From the human T2T-CHM13v2.0 reference genome, Homo sapiens, in NCBI RefSeq assembly GCF_009914755.1, contig NC_060944.1: a stretch of 64,000 bases of DNA; one strand, given 5' to 3'. Below, piece by piece: positions 14,593 through 29,846 of this stretch. The notes beneath the pieces are model-generated. The model saw nothing but the letters and a program-made list of their open reading frames with translations, was not told the DNA's origin and did no database searches. Position 1 is the first letter of the stretch; every line of letters starts with the position of its first letter. A program made the position numbers and the translations under genes.

Positions 14593-17500
14593 TGATTTGC
14601 ATGTCGAACCATCCTTGCATCCCTGGGATAAATTCCACTTGGTCATTATGAATTACCTGTTTATGTGTTGTTTAATTCAGTTTGCTAGGTTTTTTGCAAA
14701 TTTTTGCACCAATATTCTCAGATATGGGCCTGTAGTTTGCTTTTTTAATGGGTCTTTGTCTGGTTTTGATATCAGGGTAATACTAGCCTCAAAGAATGAG
14801 TTTGGAAATGTTCTTTCCTTTTCTATTTTTCAGTCTGGTCTTACAGACTTTTTTATTAAGACTTTAATTTTGTAAATTGTTATTGGTCTGTTCAGGTTTT
14901 AGATTTTTTCCTAGTTCAATCTTGGTAAGTTGTGTTTGTCTAAGAATTAATTGTCTGTAGGTTTTCTAATTTGTTGGCACACAATTGCTGATAGTAACCA
15001 CTAATAATCCTTGATTTTCTGAAGCATTACTTGTAAGGTCTCCTTTTTCACCTCTGATTTTACTAATTTTTATCTTCTCTGTTTTTTAGTTAGCCTGTCT
15101 AAATATTGTCAATTGTTTTACTTTTCAAAAAATCAACTTTTTGTTTATTAGTCTTTTGCATTGTTTTCTTCATTTTAACTTTATTTACTTCTGCTGTAAT
15201 CTTTATTATTTCTTTTCTTCTAATTTTGGATTTGGCTTGGCCTTTTTATTCTAGTTAATTAAGATGTGTTGTTAGGTTATTTATTTGAAGCTTTTCTGTT
15301 TTTTATGTCGGCACTTACAGTTATAAATTTTCCTTTTATAATAGTACCTCTTTTACTATATTCCATAGGTTTTGCTATGCTATGTTTCCATTATCATTTG
15401 TTTCAAGAAATTTTTCTGTTTTCTTCTTAACTTTTTTATCGACCTACTAATCATTCAGGAGCATATTGTTTAATGTCCTTGTGTTTGTATAGTTTCTGAA
15501 ATTCCTTTTTTAATTGATTTATAGTTTTATTCCCTGTAGTCAGAGAAAATGCTCGATATTACTTCAATTTTTTGGAATGTCTTTAGACTTGTTAGTTAAC
15601 ATATATATAGTCTATCCTTGAGAATAACCCATGTGCTGAGGAGAACAATGTATATTCTGCAGCTGTTGGATGAAATTTTCTGTAAATATCTATTAAGTTC
15701 ATTTGTTCTGTAGTGCAAATTAAGTCTGATGTTTCTTTGTTGATTTTCTGTTTGGAAGGTCTATCCAATAACTAAAGTAGGGTGTTGAAGTGTCCAGCCA
15801 TTATTGTATTGAGGTCTCTTTCTTTAGCTCTTATAATATTTGGTTTATTTATCTAGGTGCTTTAGTGTTGGGTGTATATATGTGCTCAATTATTATATTC
15901 TCTTGATGAATTGATCTCTTTATTATTATATAATGACCTTTTTAATCTCTTCCTACAGTCTTTTGTTGAAATCTATTTTTATCTGGTATAAGTACAGCTA
16001 TTTCTTCTCTTTTTTGGTTTCTATTGGCATGGAATAACTTTTTCCATCCTTTTATTTTCAGTCTAAATGTATCTTTATAGTTAAAGTATGTTTTTGGTAG
16101 GTCACAGATTATTGTCCTGCTTCTCTATACATTCATCCACTATTTTTCTTTTGACTGGAGTATTTAGTTCATTTACATTCAATGTTATTATTGATAAGCA
16201 CTTACTCCTGCCATTTTGTTATTTGTTTTCTGATTGATTTTTGTCCTCTCTTCCTTCTTTCCTTTCTTCCTGTCTTCCTTTTAGTGAAGGTGATTTCTCT
16301 TGTATTATAATCTAATTTCTTGTTTTTTACTTTTTGTACGTCTGTGGTACACTTTTTGATTTGAAATTACCATGAGGCTTGAAAATAATATAATACATGA
16401 TTTTAGACTGTGGACAATTTAACACGGATTGCATCAACAAAGAAACAAGCAAAACAACTAATAAAAACTCTATACTTTATTGCCATTCTTTTAACCTTTT
16501 TGTTGTTTCTCTTCATTCCCTATTTTACTGTCTATGTCTTCGAAATATGTTGTAGTTATTATTTTCATTGGTTTATTGTTTACTCTTTCTATTTGAGATT
16601 TTTGCACCCCATAATTACCATGTTATAATATTCAGTGTTTTTCCATGTGCTATTGCTAGTGCGTTCTGTACCTTCAGATGATTTATTATTGCTCACTAAC
16701 TTCTTTTCTTTTAGGTCTAGAAATCCCTTTAGCATTTCCTGTAGTACAGGTCTGGTGTTAATGAAATCCCTCAGTTTTTGTTTGTCGGGAAAAGTTCTAT
16801 TTCTCCATCAAGTTTAAAGGAAGTATTTGCCAGATACATTATTCTAAAGTAAAAGTCTTTCTTTTTCAGCTTTTTTAATATGTCACGCCAGTCTCCCAGC
16901 TTGTAAATTTTCCCCTGAAAAGTCTGCTGTCAGATGTATTGGAGTTCCACTGAATGTTATTTGTTTCTCTTCTCTGGATGCTTCTAGAATCATTTCTTCA
17001 TCCTTAACCTTTGGAAGTTCAGTTAAGTGCCTTGAGGTGGTCTTCTTTGGGTTAAATCTGCTTTATGTTTTGTAACTTTCTGTTACTCAAATGTTGATAT
17101 CTAATGTTGATATCAAATGTTGAATTGTTTAATATTATTTAATATTATTTATTTAAATAAATGTTCAACTCAACTCTTTTTCTACCTCTTCTTTAAGGCC
17201 AATAACTCTTAAATTTGCTATTTTGAGGCTATTTTTTAGATTCTGTAGGCATGCTTTATTTTTTATTCTTTTTTGTCTCCTCTGACTTTGTATTTTTAAA
17301 TAGTCTGACTTCAAGTTCACTAAACCTATCTTCTCCTTGATCAATTATTTTAAGTAATTCTGATCCATTCTTCAGTATGACAATATCATTTTAACTTCCG
17401 AATTTCTGCTTTATTCTTTTTATTTCAATCTCATTGTTAAATTTATCTGATAGAATTTTGAATTCCTTCCCTGTGTTATATCGTATTTCTTTGAATTACC

Positions 17501-19354
17501 TCAACCAGCTATTTTGCACTTCCTGTATGAAATGTCACATACCTCTCTTTTTCCAGGATTTGTCCCTGGTGCTTTTTTTAGCTTCTTTGGTGAGGTCATG
17601 TTTTCCTGGATGTCCTTGATACTTGTAGATGTTCATCTATATCTGGGCAGTGAAGAATTCAGTCTTTATCGTAGTCTTCACAGTCTGGGCTTGTTTGTGC
17701 CCATTATCTTTGGGAACACTTTCCAGGTATTCAAAGAAACTTGGGTCCCAAACCGGCAGTCTCTCTTTCTGTGCTGAGACATATGGAGCTGGGGTTGGGG
17801 TAACATAAGCACCCCTGGGGCCACCACCACTGAGACTGTGCTGGTTCACACCTGAAGTAGGCACAGAACTTGGTCTCACCCACGGCCCACTGTAACCACT
17901 ACTTGGCTACCATATAAGATTATTCAAAGCCCTAGGACTCTGTGATTAATAGGAGGCAAAGCCAGCCAGGTTTGTGTCTCTGCCTATAGGGTGGCAAGTT
18001 CCCCTAGCCATGAGTGGGTCCACAGATGCTACCTGGGAGCCAGAGATTAAAGCATAGAATCTTCAAAATTTACCTGCTCTTCTATTTTACTGTAGCTAAC
18101 CTGGCACTTAGGGAATAAGACAAAGTATTTTCTACTCTTCCTTCCCCTGTCTGCAGTCAGAAGAGCCTCTTCTATGACTGTCAACGCTACTGGCCCATGG
18201 GAGGGTTCCACAAAATCATCATCACTTTCTCACTTAAAGCCCAAGGACTCTTTAGTTAGCTTGTGATAAATTCTGCAATGCCTGGGACTGGACCTTTGGC
18301 CCAGGGCAAGTGCAGAAATGCTGACCAATACCCTAGTCCTGGAGTCAGGGACTCTAAGAATCTGCTTGTTGCTCTACCCCACTGTGGTTGAGCTGGTATA
18401 TCAGGCGCAATACAGAGTTCCCTTTACTTTCCCCCCTGCTTTTCTCAAACAGAAGAAGTCTTTAACCATAGCTACCACAGCTAGAAATGCACTGGGTCTC
18501 ACCTGAAGTTAGCACTTCTCAGAGCCCAATGCCCATGGTGTATTACCTGGTTGTCACTGTTTTTTATTCTGGGTACAGGGGTTCTTTAGTCAGCAGGTGA
18601 TGAATTCTGCCAGGTCTTTACTGACATGGCAGCACTGAGTTTAATGTAAAGTCCTCTAGTCCCCCAAATTCACAGGTTTCTCTGTGTTGTGTGGTTGCTG
18701 CTGGGTGGGGGGTGGGGGAGTGGTGTTGTGAGCACTCCCTTAGCTACTTCAGCTGCTGTCTCAGTAGACCCCATACTCCCCACCCTCCACATTCTACTGG
18801 CTCTGAGCCCAGCTAGGAGTATGACTTGCCTAATAATTGAAGTCCTTGTGGCCTAGACTGCCCCTTCATTTCTCCTAGAGTCCAATAGCACGTCAACACA
18901 TGATGGCAAGACTTGTAAAAACTCAAGCTCCCAACACCAGGATGGGAGATTTTCCTCTTGCTAGGGCCAATACAAATGCTCCCTCCATTGGCAGATGTCA
19001 GCTGAGTACAGTCTGGTTCTGCTTTTCACTGTGACGGTGTAGTACTGAGTTTATTGCAAAGCCTCACAAACTATGCTCTTCCTCTCCCAAACATACTATC
19101 TCTGCACCATGTAGCCACTACTTGTGGTTGAAAAAGAGGTGGCATCCGTGTTTCTAGACCATCTTTTTTTTTTTTTTTTGTCTTCTCCAATGTCTCTTTC
19201 AGTGATACGAATTTAATACCAGGTACTGTGATTGCTCACCCAATTTTTGGTCCCTTCGACAGTGCTCCTTGAATGTAGTGAGTTGTGAAAATTTGGTGTT
19301 TTTGTGTGGGCGACGAGAGTGTAGGCTTCTATTCTGCCCTCTTACTCTGTCTCT

Positions 19355-20577
<1,223 letters not shown>

Positions 20578-21130
20578 TCAAACCATTTGAAAAAATCACT
20601 TTAATTGTAGGGTTTGACGGTATGTTTCCCCTTCTCTATCTCCTTTCCTCTTTTGTGATTTTTTTTTTCTGATCACTATGAATCCACTCAGCAGATTAAC
20701 TTCCATTCTTAATCTGTGTGAATTGTGCTGATGAGATAGTCAGCTCTCTTAAAATCGCTAACAAAAAAGTTTTAAATTTCCTAGCTAGTAATACATTTTT
20801 AGCATGCCACAGGATACTCTTAGAGTAAGGACTTCTGGTCCAGGCATTATGGATTATGATGATTAGTTCTCTGGATTTCTATAAGCTTTGAAATTAAGAG
20901 GTAAAAGATCTAACATAAATTGGACTTCATACTATTTATACATGTATTTGGTTTGTTAATTATTCCATAGGAAAACAGATGAAAGACTTCTGTAGAATTC
21001 AATTCTGTTTCACTATATTTAGAGTTACAAGAAGGGAATTATATTGATGTGATTGACAGACTGAATTAACCTCAGTCATCACATGTAATTTTTCTAGAGT
21101 TTTTTCATGGTACTGACATTCTTTTCAGTA

Positions 21131-21349
21131 TGTCAATGCCTAGCTTGGGTTTCTTGGGGAGAGATGAATAGCTAGTACTACCCATCTAAAACATAATGTT
21201 CATTAGTTGGAATAATGGTGTGATATGATAGTCTTCAATATGTCCATGACTAGCTTGGGTTTCTGGGGGAGACATGAGTAGCTAGTACTACCCATCTAAA
21301 ACATAATGTTCATTAGCTGGAATAATGGTGTGATATGATAGTCTTCAAG
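21131..21349. repeat. Tandem duplication, ~110-bp unit x2
   Basis: 21131-21240 vs 21241-21349 nearly identical (ctagcttgggtttct...gatagtcttcaa). Confidence 0.9.
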
Positions 21350-21880
21350 ATGATGCCCTCAATTTCTTTCCTCCCTGCATGCACATGCTGCTCTTTACCT
21401 TGACAGGTAGAGTCTACTCTCCTATTTCTTGAATCTGTGCTGGTCACAATGACTTGCTTTACCAATAGGATGCAGCAGAGGTCATATTCTAGGACCTCCA
21501 AGGCCAGGTCATAAGAAGCTTTGTAGTATTTGCCTGTGTGTCTTGGAACAAACTACCACGTTCTGAGGACTCCAGGTAACATGGAGAGGACAGATAGACA
21601 TCACACTCAGCAGCCAATATGCACTGCCAGCCATGTGAGTGACCTGTCTAGGCTCTTTAGCCTAGCTGAGCTTTCAGGTGACTTCAGCAGCAGCCAACCA
21701 ACCGCAACTGCAAGAAGGACTCCAAAAGAGAACTTTTGTAGTGCCCGTCAACCCACAAAACCATGAGAAATAACGTTATTTAAAATTACTAAACAAATAA
21801 TAACAATAAACAATATTAAACCATAAATAATTCCTTAAGTTTTGGAATGGCTTACTATTCAGCAAGAGATAGCTAGAACA
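21329..21880 (+). mobile_element. MLT1-type MaLR LTR (old)
   Basis: tgtgat...gacttgctttaccaataggatgcagcagagg...gatagctagaaca MLT1 pattern. Confidence 0.65.
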
Positions 21881-22856
21881 AGTACTAAATATTGCACAAT
21901 ACTGAACAAGTGTAAGTTTAGTTGTATAATATACTTCTATATTTTAAAGCCATTGACATTTCTGATGAGGGTGTAAAAGTGAGCACTGATTAAATGGTTC
22001 CCAAGAGAAGTTGCCTGTTGTATCTCAATATCATCATTTACCAATGGGAGCTGTATTTAGTTTTTGGAAAATATACATTTTAGTGTTCATTTTAAAAAAT
22101 ATACTAACAATTGTTTAGAAAGGCATATGCTATTTTGAAAAACATTTGAGTGAACCAGAAAAGTGTAAACTTTAAGGCTCTAATCATATTTGTATGCTAT
22201 TTAACCCACAAATCCAAAGTCTGATGGCAAATATGTTTGTGTAATACTGATATTTGGATAAATAAGTTAAACTAACAGTTTTCTTTTTAAATGATAGGCC
22301 TTATAATTGGTATGATGTTGAGATGGCTGCAGTGGATGGGCTCATCACCATAATAATGTTTTCTCTTTAATACTTTTTTAGAACATTAAGTGACAACCAG
22401 AGAGTCTAAAACTGGGTTACACAGCAGTAATAAAATCAGAGTGACACTTACTTTGCAGCAGCAGGACTGGAATTCTTGCTATTGGGGTTGGTGGCAGCAA
22501 ACTCAATTATGGGTGTCTTCTGCTTCATGCTTAGAAGGTGTGTTGGAATATTTCCTGTTTAGAACTTTCTAACACTTCCTGACTAGAGCTGTTTAAAATA
22601 GAAACAAACCCCTCTGATTTTGAATTTAGCCTATTTATTGTTATAATTTGTTCATATGTTTCTACTTTTTAGACTGTGGCTTTCTTGTAGACAGAAGTTA
22701 TATCTTATACCTCTTTTTCTTCAGCAGCGGTGTGCCTGGCACCTAGCTGAATTGTCAGGTTCATTGAATAAGTAAAGTAAAATTATACTACAAGTAAACT
22801 ATTAAATTTATCAATTTTACTCAGAAAATATATAGCTAAGTATGACATTTGAATCA

Positions 22857-22950
22857 ATTCACTCATTTATTCAACAAACATTTTTTAAGTGACTACAGCA
22901 TGCTATGAGCTAGGAATATGGCAGTAAACAAATCTCACCTTGTCTCAAAC
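22857..22950 (-). mobile_element. L2 3' end fragment
   Basis: attcactcatttattcaacaaacatttt tail typical of L2. Confidence 0.6.
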
Positions 22951-23153
22951 TTCAGTGGATCCGGGATTCTCTAGAAGTTTAATTCTTGCTCAATCAGCAA
23001 TTCCTTTTCACTGAAGACTTGACAAGAAGGTTTGAGAAGGCAAGAGTGTGTGAACTCAGCAGATGTTAGTGATTCACCTACTGTGTGCCAGCTGTAGTGT
23101 CGTAGGGTCAGCCTGTGTCTTCTAGGAAAGGTGAAAACTAAGGACAATATTTT

Positions 23154-24213
23154 AAACAACAAATAATGCCAAGTATGCCACGTGATGGAGAAGGAAAGCG
23201 CTGAGTCCCAAGAGTATAACAGGCACTGAGCCTCGCGTGGGGTCCAGGCCTCTCTGGCATGGTGCCCTCCTAGGTCGTGGTTGTCCTTTCTTATTGCTCC
23301 TGCTGTCTTCTTCAGTTACATCTGCTTCTCTGCATTTCCTCATTTTACAGTATGTGGGATGCAGTCATCTCTGGACAGGAATAGGCAACTGTGCACCTGT
23401 TATGCCGTGCTTGATGCTCTGCATTGATGTACACTGGGCCCAGGTTTCCCTGGTGGACTGCTTGGGCTGTTCTTGTCTTCTGGCTCTGAAGACTTTGTTC
23501 ACAGAGGTGCACTTGCCAGACGGGGGAGCCAGAGATCTGGGGTCCTCTGATGAGGCCACTCTCACCCTGCTTATCTTCCCTGACATAACCAACAGACGAA
23601 GCTCAGGTGGGCGATGCACCTCAGGCCACAGTGTGGACTGTTGTAACCAAGCGAGTTATAGAGGAACACCACACTTTGAGACAAATTAAGGAGTCCTTTA
23701 TTAGCCGGCGACCGAGAGGCAGCTAACGCTCAAAATTCTCTCGGCCCCGAGGAAGGGGCTGGTTTTCTTTTATACCGTGGTCTAAATAGGCGAGGGGGGA
23801 GTTTGGCTGAAGCAATTTTTACAGAAGCAGAGCTGGCAAAAAGTTAAAAAATTAATTGGTTACAAAAGCAGTTGCAATAAAATAAACAGTTCTAGGTGCA
23901 GGGGCTTAAACTATCACAAAGAGAGAAATGCAGGGGTTTTGGGTGCCATTCACCGAGTGAGTCCCCAGGAGCTGCTGGTGCAGCTTGCCTCAATATCTTA
24001 TCAGTAAGTGATTCCTGGAAGTGCTTTGAGTCAGTTTACACTAGTTATGCCCTTAAGGGAGGGACGTAAAGGGGGCTGCACGTGAAGAAACTAAAATGGA
24101 GTCTGTCCAGCTCTCTGCTAGGAGAAAGTCACTCAGGTTAAAATAAGTTAGGGTATCACTGGACCATGTAGAATTCTTCAAGCTCCAGCTTCAACTCTCT
24201 TTCTTATTGCTGT
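23154..24213 (-). pseudogene. Unidentified retroposed insert (putative processed pseudogene fragment) split by an LTR
   Basis: Non-repeat, exon-like composition bracketed by degenerate direct repeats ctaaggacaatatttt (23138-23153) / cttaggacagtatattt (24214-24230). Confidence 0.4.
23642..24158 (-). mobile_element. LTR6A/B (HERV-S71) solo LTR
   Basis: tgtaaccaagcgagttatagaggaacaccacactttgagac...gggtatca; 4-bp TSD ctgt/ctgg. Confidence 0.8.
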
Positions 24214-24729
24214 CTTAGGACAGTATATTTAGATGGGAGTAAATGAAAGTAATGTTATTAGGGGATAAGATTAAAATTGATCCCATTTGTAAAAAAGGAA
24301 GTAGATTATTTGTGAACTGTAATACTTTATTTTAGTGAAGAATCACCTTAAAACTTGAACCTGAGTACAAGATAATTCCTTCATTCCGCAAATGTTTAGT
24401 AGCAAACTATATGCCAGGACTGTGCTAGGTACTAGGGATATATGGTTGAACATATAGTATAAGATGCCTTGGAGCATCAGATAGTTTCACATAAATGGTC
24501 TCATACAGTATATAGACCGTGTGGTAAAAAGAGACTACTGAGATGCACAGAGGACAGAAAATAAAGGGTCTTTGAATGGCGTATAAATGTGTTTGGACTT
24601 TTCACTCAGGGCTGTTGAAGTTTTGGAAGGTCAGTGGTCTCAGAGTTTTGGTGTTTTCAAGCACTGCTAAATACTTTGTTTCTAGCTGATGATTGGCCAC
24701 CATTACTGATCATCTATTTGCTCTGTCTG

Positions 24730-25246
24730 ATTCAGCAATCCCACCACTGGGTATCTATGCAAAGGAAAAGAAATCAATGTATCAGAAAGATAACTACTTA
24801 TATATTTGTTGCAACACTAATCACAGTAGCACAGGTATAAAATCAACCTAAATGTCCATCAACAAATGATTGGATAAAGAAAATGTAGAAAATATACAAA
24901 ATGAAATACTATTCAGGCACAAAAAATAGAATCATAACTTTTGCAGACACATGGATGGAACTGGAGGCCATTGTTGTAAGTGAAGCAAGCCAGACACAGA
25001 GTAAACATCGTATTTTATCACTCATAAGCGGGTGCTAAAAGATGTGTAGGTATTGATGTAGAGAGTGGAATGATAATGGAGACTCAGCAGGGTGAGGGGA
25101 TAGAAGGGGTGAATAGTGAGAAATTACTTAATGGGTACAATGTGCATTATTCTGGTGATGGATACCCTAAAAGCCCTGACTCTCTACTATGCCATCCATG
25201 CTTACAGCAAAATTGCACTTAGAACCCATAAATTTATACACAAAAA
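24730..25246 (+). mobile_element. L1MA4-like 3' fragment
   Basis: ORF2 C-terminus and 3' UTR ending ataaatttatacacaaaaa. Confidence 0.8.
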
Positions 25247-28200
25247 GTCTTAGACCTCTCTCTCTTCTCTCATAAGCCTCAGAGCTCAGTGATCCCCTTG
25301 GATCTCCTCAGCCTGCTGAGTTGTGATTTTCCTACCTAAGGTGATTTTGGGCAGAGACAAGGGAGTGTTTCAGGAAGATGTTCTCAGGCACACGCTTCTG
25401 CAGAAGCATTGGAGGCTCTTCTAGTGGCCTTTATCTAGTCACTGCTTTAAGCAAGGAATAAAACATCTGTGGCTAAAATTTAAAAAACTGTGTTTTCCAC
25501 CCACCCTTCAGACCTGACAGAAGATATTTTAGGATTTTAAGGGAACAGCTTTTTCCTGACCCAAAAGGGCACAGTAGTGCAAAGGCTAATGTCACGTAAG
25601 TACTTTTTCCCCATCTTTAAAATAACTTTCAGATACTATTCCCACAGTTGGAATCAGTACAATGTTTTGACTGAGGTATTGGAAAAGCCTATGAGCTCAT
25701 TATCATTTGAACGTATGAGTAATGTAAAATTTAGGCAGAATTTTATTTGAAAGGATTATTTATGCAATTTTAAATTAACTGATTTATATTGTGGTTATTT
25801 CAAACAATAAAAATCAGGTTGTTGTGTTGTGAGCTAGAAATATTTACAATAACACATGATCTTGATTATCTCACATGATGAATTGAAGATTAAAGCTAAA
25901 TAATTTATCTTAGGGAATTCTGTGACAGTTTTGTTTCACTTTGCTTAATAATGACTTCAAACTGTTGTACATATATAGAGAACTCCTGACTGAAGAGAAT
26001 TTTTTTGACTATTGTGCTATGTTTCTGTAACTTTTTAAGATCTAGAGGAACATATATTTAGTCTCAGTTGGCCAACTAAATGTTATGGAGTCAGCTTCTG
26101 TGTTATGTTCTGAGCATTGAAGGAACGGTGGAGACAAGGCTGCTGCCCTCGCAGAGTCTGTGGAGAAAACCTGATGGAGTGTGGCAGCGAACATGCTGGG
26201 AGCATCCCAGGATGACAAAAGTGCACACAGATGGAACATCTGCCTTAGAACAGGGGAGGGTCAGACAAGGAGAGGTGTCAGGAAAAACAAGGAAAGTTTA
26301 ATCTGCAGGAATAGAAACACACTTGGGAAATCCATGGGGACTGAAAAGAGAATGGCTGAGCAGCAGCAGATTGTCAAAAAGGAAATCAAGAAGGAGCAGC
26401 CTAAGAGGTTGATAGAGAACCAGGAGAAAGAATGTGACACTGAAGCCAAGGGAAGGAAAGTGTTTCAACATTTCTGGGAAAAAAATGACATGCTCTGTCT
26501 TAACCTTGCTGTTTTATGAGTCATATAGCCACATTCCAGGTTCTGAGAAGTCCAGCACTAAAGATGTTTCTTTTAGTTTGCTTAACCCAGCATTTGCCAG
26601 AATAATCTGGGCTCAGTGTGAGTGTGTGTGCGTGTGTGTGCCTGTGTGTTCCACTAATATCTCACTGGGGCTAATGCTCTATACAACATAATTTTTAAAA
26701 CACTGGTTTTATCCATCTTATGTTCAGCTGCAGCAATACTTACAAAGGTCAACTTTGATCACGTGTCTTAGTTACTAAAGAAAACAAAACAAACTAATGA
26801 ATAAAGCCCACCTGACAGTGGATCCTCACTACCTGTACGATGGAGCCCACCTGGCTTGGCCTGGGTGCCCTGTGCTGACCTGGTCTTGCTGCCCTCTGCC
26901 TGCTGCTTTGCCGCCACTTTCCTCCTGGAGAAGGTAGAGATGCTCTGAGCTTTGGCCTGTCTGGAACATGTGTCCTTCTCCTAACGCGGACCATGTTTTC
27001 CCGAGTGCACTTTAATCTCTTTTAAGGGTATAGAACTTTCCTTAAAGCTTTTGGTCAGGTCTCCCTCTCTATGCAGTCTTCCGGCCACTTCTACAATGTA
27101 CATACTTTACTGATACATTAATTATGCTATACCAGCCCAGGACTTTACTTATGTATCATTTTATATCACCATCTTTTTTTCTTAGAGCTTAGTTCATTTA
27201 TTTATTCAGTCTTTCCACAATATAATTGTATGTCATATAATTTTATATTTATTTTCATTGGTATTTATAAGTCTTTTCTGTAAAAATAGAAGCTAAGTAG
27301 ATCTTCATTAATGTTGAAAGAACAAGGTTTTAAGTCTTGGTCTCAGCCAAAAGCAGTTCCCTGCATATCCAGGAGGGAAAGAATCACTTGCATTGTTGCA
27401 TTAGATATTCTTACAGAGAAAGAGAACCACGTGTAATGGAAAATTGCTAACTTTGCCTCAGGGAGACCAGGTTGATTCACTGAGAAAGTTTGAATTGGTT
27501 TAGAAAGCATAGTTCTGAGTTTTCTAGGAGAAGTAGAAAAGTTAGAGTAGGGCATAAGAAGTAATCCCCATATCAAAAAGTTAGAAAGATCTCAAATTAA
27601 CAACCTAACATCACAACTGAAAGAATTAGAGAAGCAAGAAGAACTCAACCACAAAGCTTATAGAAGATAAGAAATAACTAAAATCAGAGCTGAATTGAAA
27701 GAAATTGAGACAAGAAAGCGTTCAAAAGATCACTTAATCAAGGTTTTTGAAAAAAATTAGTAAGATAGATAGGCACTAGCTAGACTAATAAAGAAGAAAA
27801 GAGAGAAGATTCAAGGAAACACAATTAGAAATGCTGAAGGGAATGTTACCACTGACCCCAGAGAAATAAAAATAACAACCAGCAACTACTATGAACACCT
27901 CTGCACACACAAACTAGAAACTCTAGAAGAGATGAATAAATTCCTGGACATCTACACTCTCTCAAGACTGAACCAGGAAGAAATTCAGTCTCTGAACAGA
28001 CCAACTGTGAGCTCCAAAAATTCAATCCGTAATAAATAGCCTACCAACCTCCCAAAAAAGCCCAGGACCTGATAGATTAACAAATTTTAACAGATGTACA
28101 AAGAAGAGCCAGTACCAGTCCTACTAAAATTATTTCAAGAAATAGAGGAGAAGGGACTCTTCCCCAACTTGTTCTATGAGGCCAGCATCATCCTGATACC

Positions 28201-29846
28201 AAAGCCTGGCAGTGACACAACAAAAAAAGAAAGCTTCAGACCAGTATCCTTGATGAACATCCATTCAATAATCCACAACAAAATACTTGCAAACTGAATC
28301 TAGCAACACATCAAAAGACTAATTCACCATAGTGAAGTAAGCTTCTTCCCTGGAATGGAAGGTTGGTCCATCATGGGCAAATCAATAAGATGTGATTCAT
28401 AACATAAATAAAACTAAAGATAAGAACCATGTGATTGTCTCAACAGATGCAGAGAAGGCTTTCAGTAAAATTCAACAAATCTTCATTTTAAAAATTCTCA
28501 ATAAACGAGGTATCAAAGGAGCATACCTCAAAATAATAAAGGCCACCTATGACAAACTCACATCCAACATTATACTAAATGGGCAAAATCTGGAAGCATT
28601 CTCCTTGAAACCCGCACAAGACAAGGATGCCCTCTCTCATCACTCCTATTCAACATAGTATTAGAAGTCCTTTCTGGAGCAATCAGACAAGAGAAAGAAA
28701 TAAAGGTATTTAAATAGAAAGAGAAGTCCAACTACCTCTGTTTGCAGACAATATAATTATCTATCTAAACCCTATAGTTGTGACCCAAAAGCTCCTTAAG
28801 CTGATAAACAACTTCCACAAAGTTTCAGGATACAAAATCAATGTACAAAATTTGCTAGCATTCCTATACACCAAGAAGAGCCAAATTAAAAGTCAAATCA
28901 GAGAGGCAATTTTAATCACAATTTCCACAAAAAGAATAAAATACGTACAAATACACCTAACCAGGGAGGTGAAAAATCTCTACAATGAAAATTATAAAAC
29001 ACTGCTCAAAGAAGTCAGAGAAGACACAAACAAATGAAAAATCATTCCATGTTAATAGAAAGAAAGAAGTAATATCATTTAAATGGTCATACTGCCCAAA
29101 GCTATTCCTATTAAACTACCAATGACATGCTTCACAGAAGTAGATAAAGCTATTTAAAAATTCATATAGAACCAAGAAAGAACCTAAGTAGCCAAGGCAA
29201 TCCTAAGCAAAAAGAACAAAGCTTGAGGCATCACATTACCTGACTTTAAACTATACTACAGCACTATAGTAACCAAAACAGCATGGTACTAGTACAAAAA
29301 CAGACACATACACCAATGGAACAGAATAGAGAGCTTAGAAATAAGACCACATAACTACAACTATCTAATCTTTGACAAAGCTGGCAAAAACAAGCAATGG
29401 GGAAAAGATGCCCTATTCAATAAATGGTGCTGTGATAACTGGCTAGCCATATGCAGAAGATTGAAGTTGGACTGCTTCCTTATACCATACACAAAAATCA
29501 ACTCAAGATGGATTAAATACTTAAATGTAAAACCCAAAACTATAAAATCTCTGGAAGACAACATAGGCAATACCATCCTGGACATAGAAACAGGCAAAGA
29601 TTTCATGATAAAGACACCAAAAACAACAAACGCAACTATTGACAAACGCAACTATTGACAAGTGAGATCTAATTAAACTTAAAATCTTCTGCTCAGCAAA
29701 AAAAATTATCAATAGAGTGAACAGACAACCTATAGAATGAGAAAAAATATTTACAAACTATGTATCTGACAAAGATCTAATATTCAATATAAGGAACTTA
29801 AATTTATAAGAGAAAAACAAACAACCTTATTAAAAAGTGGCCAAAG

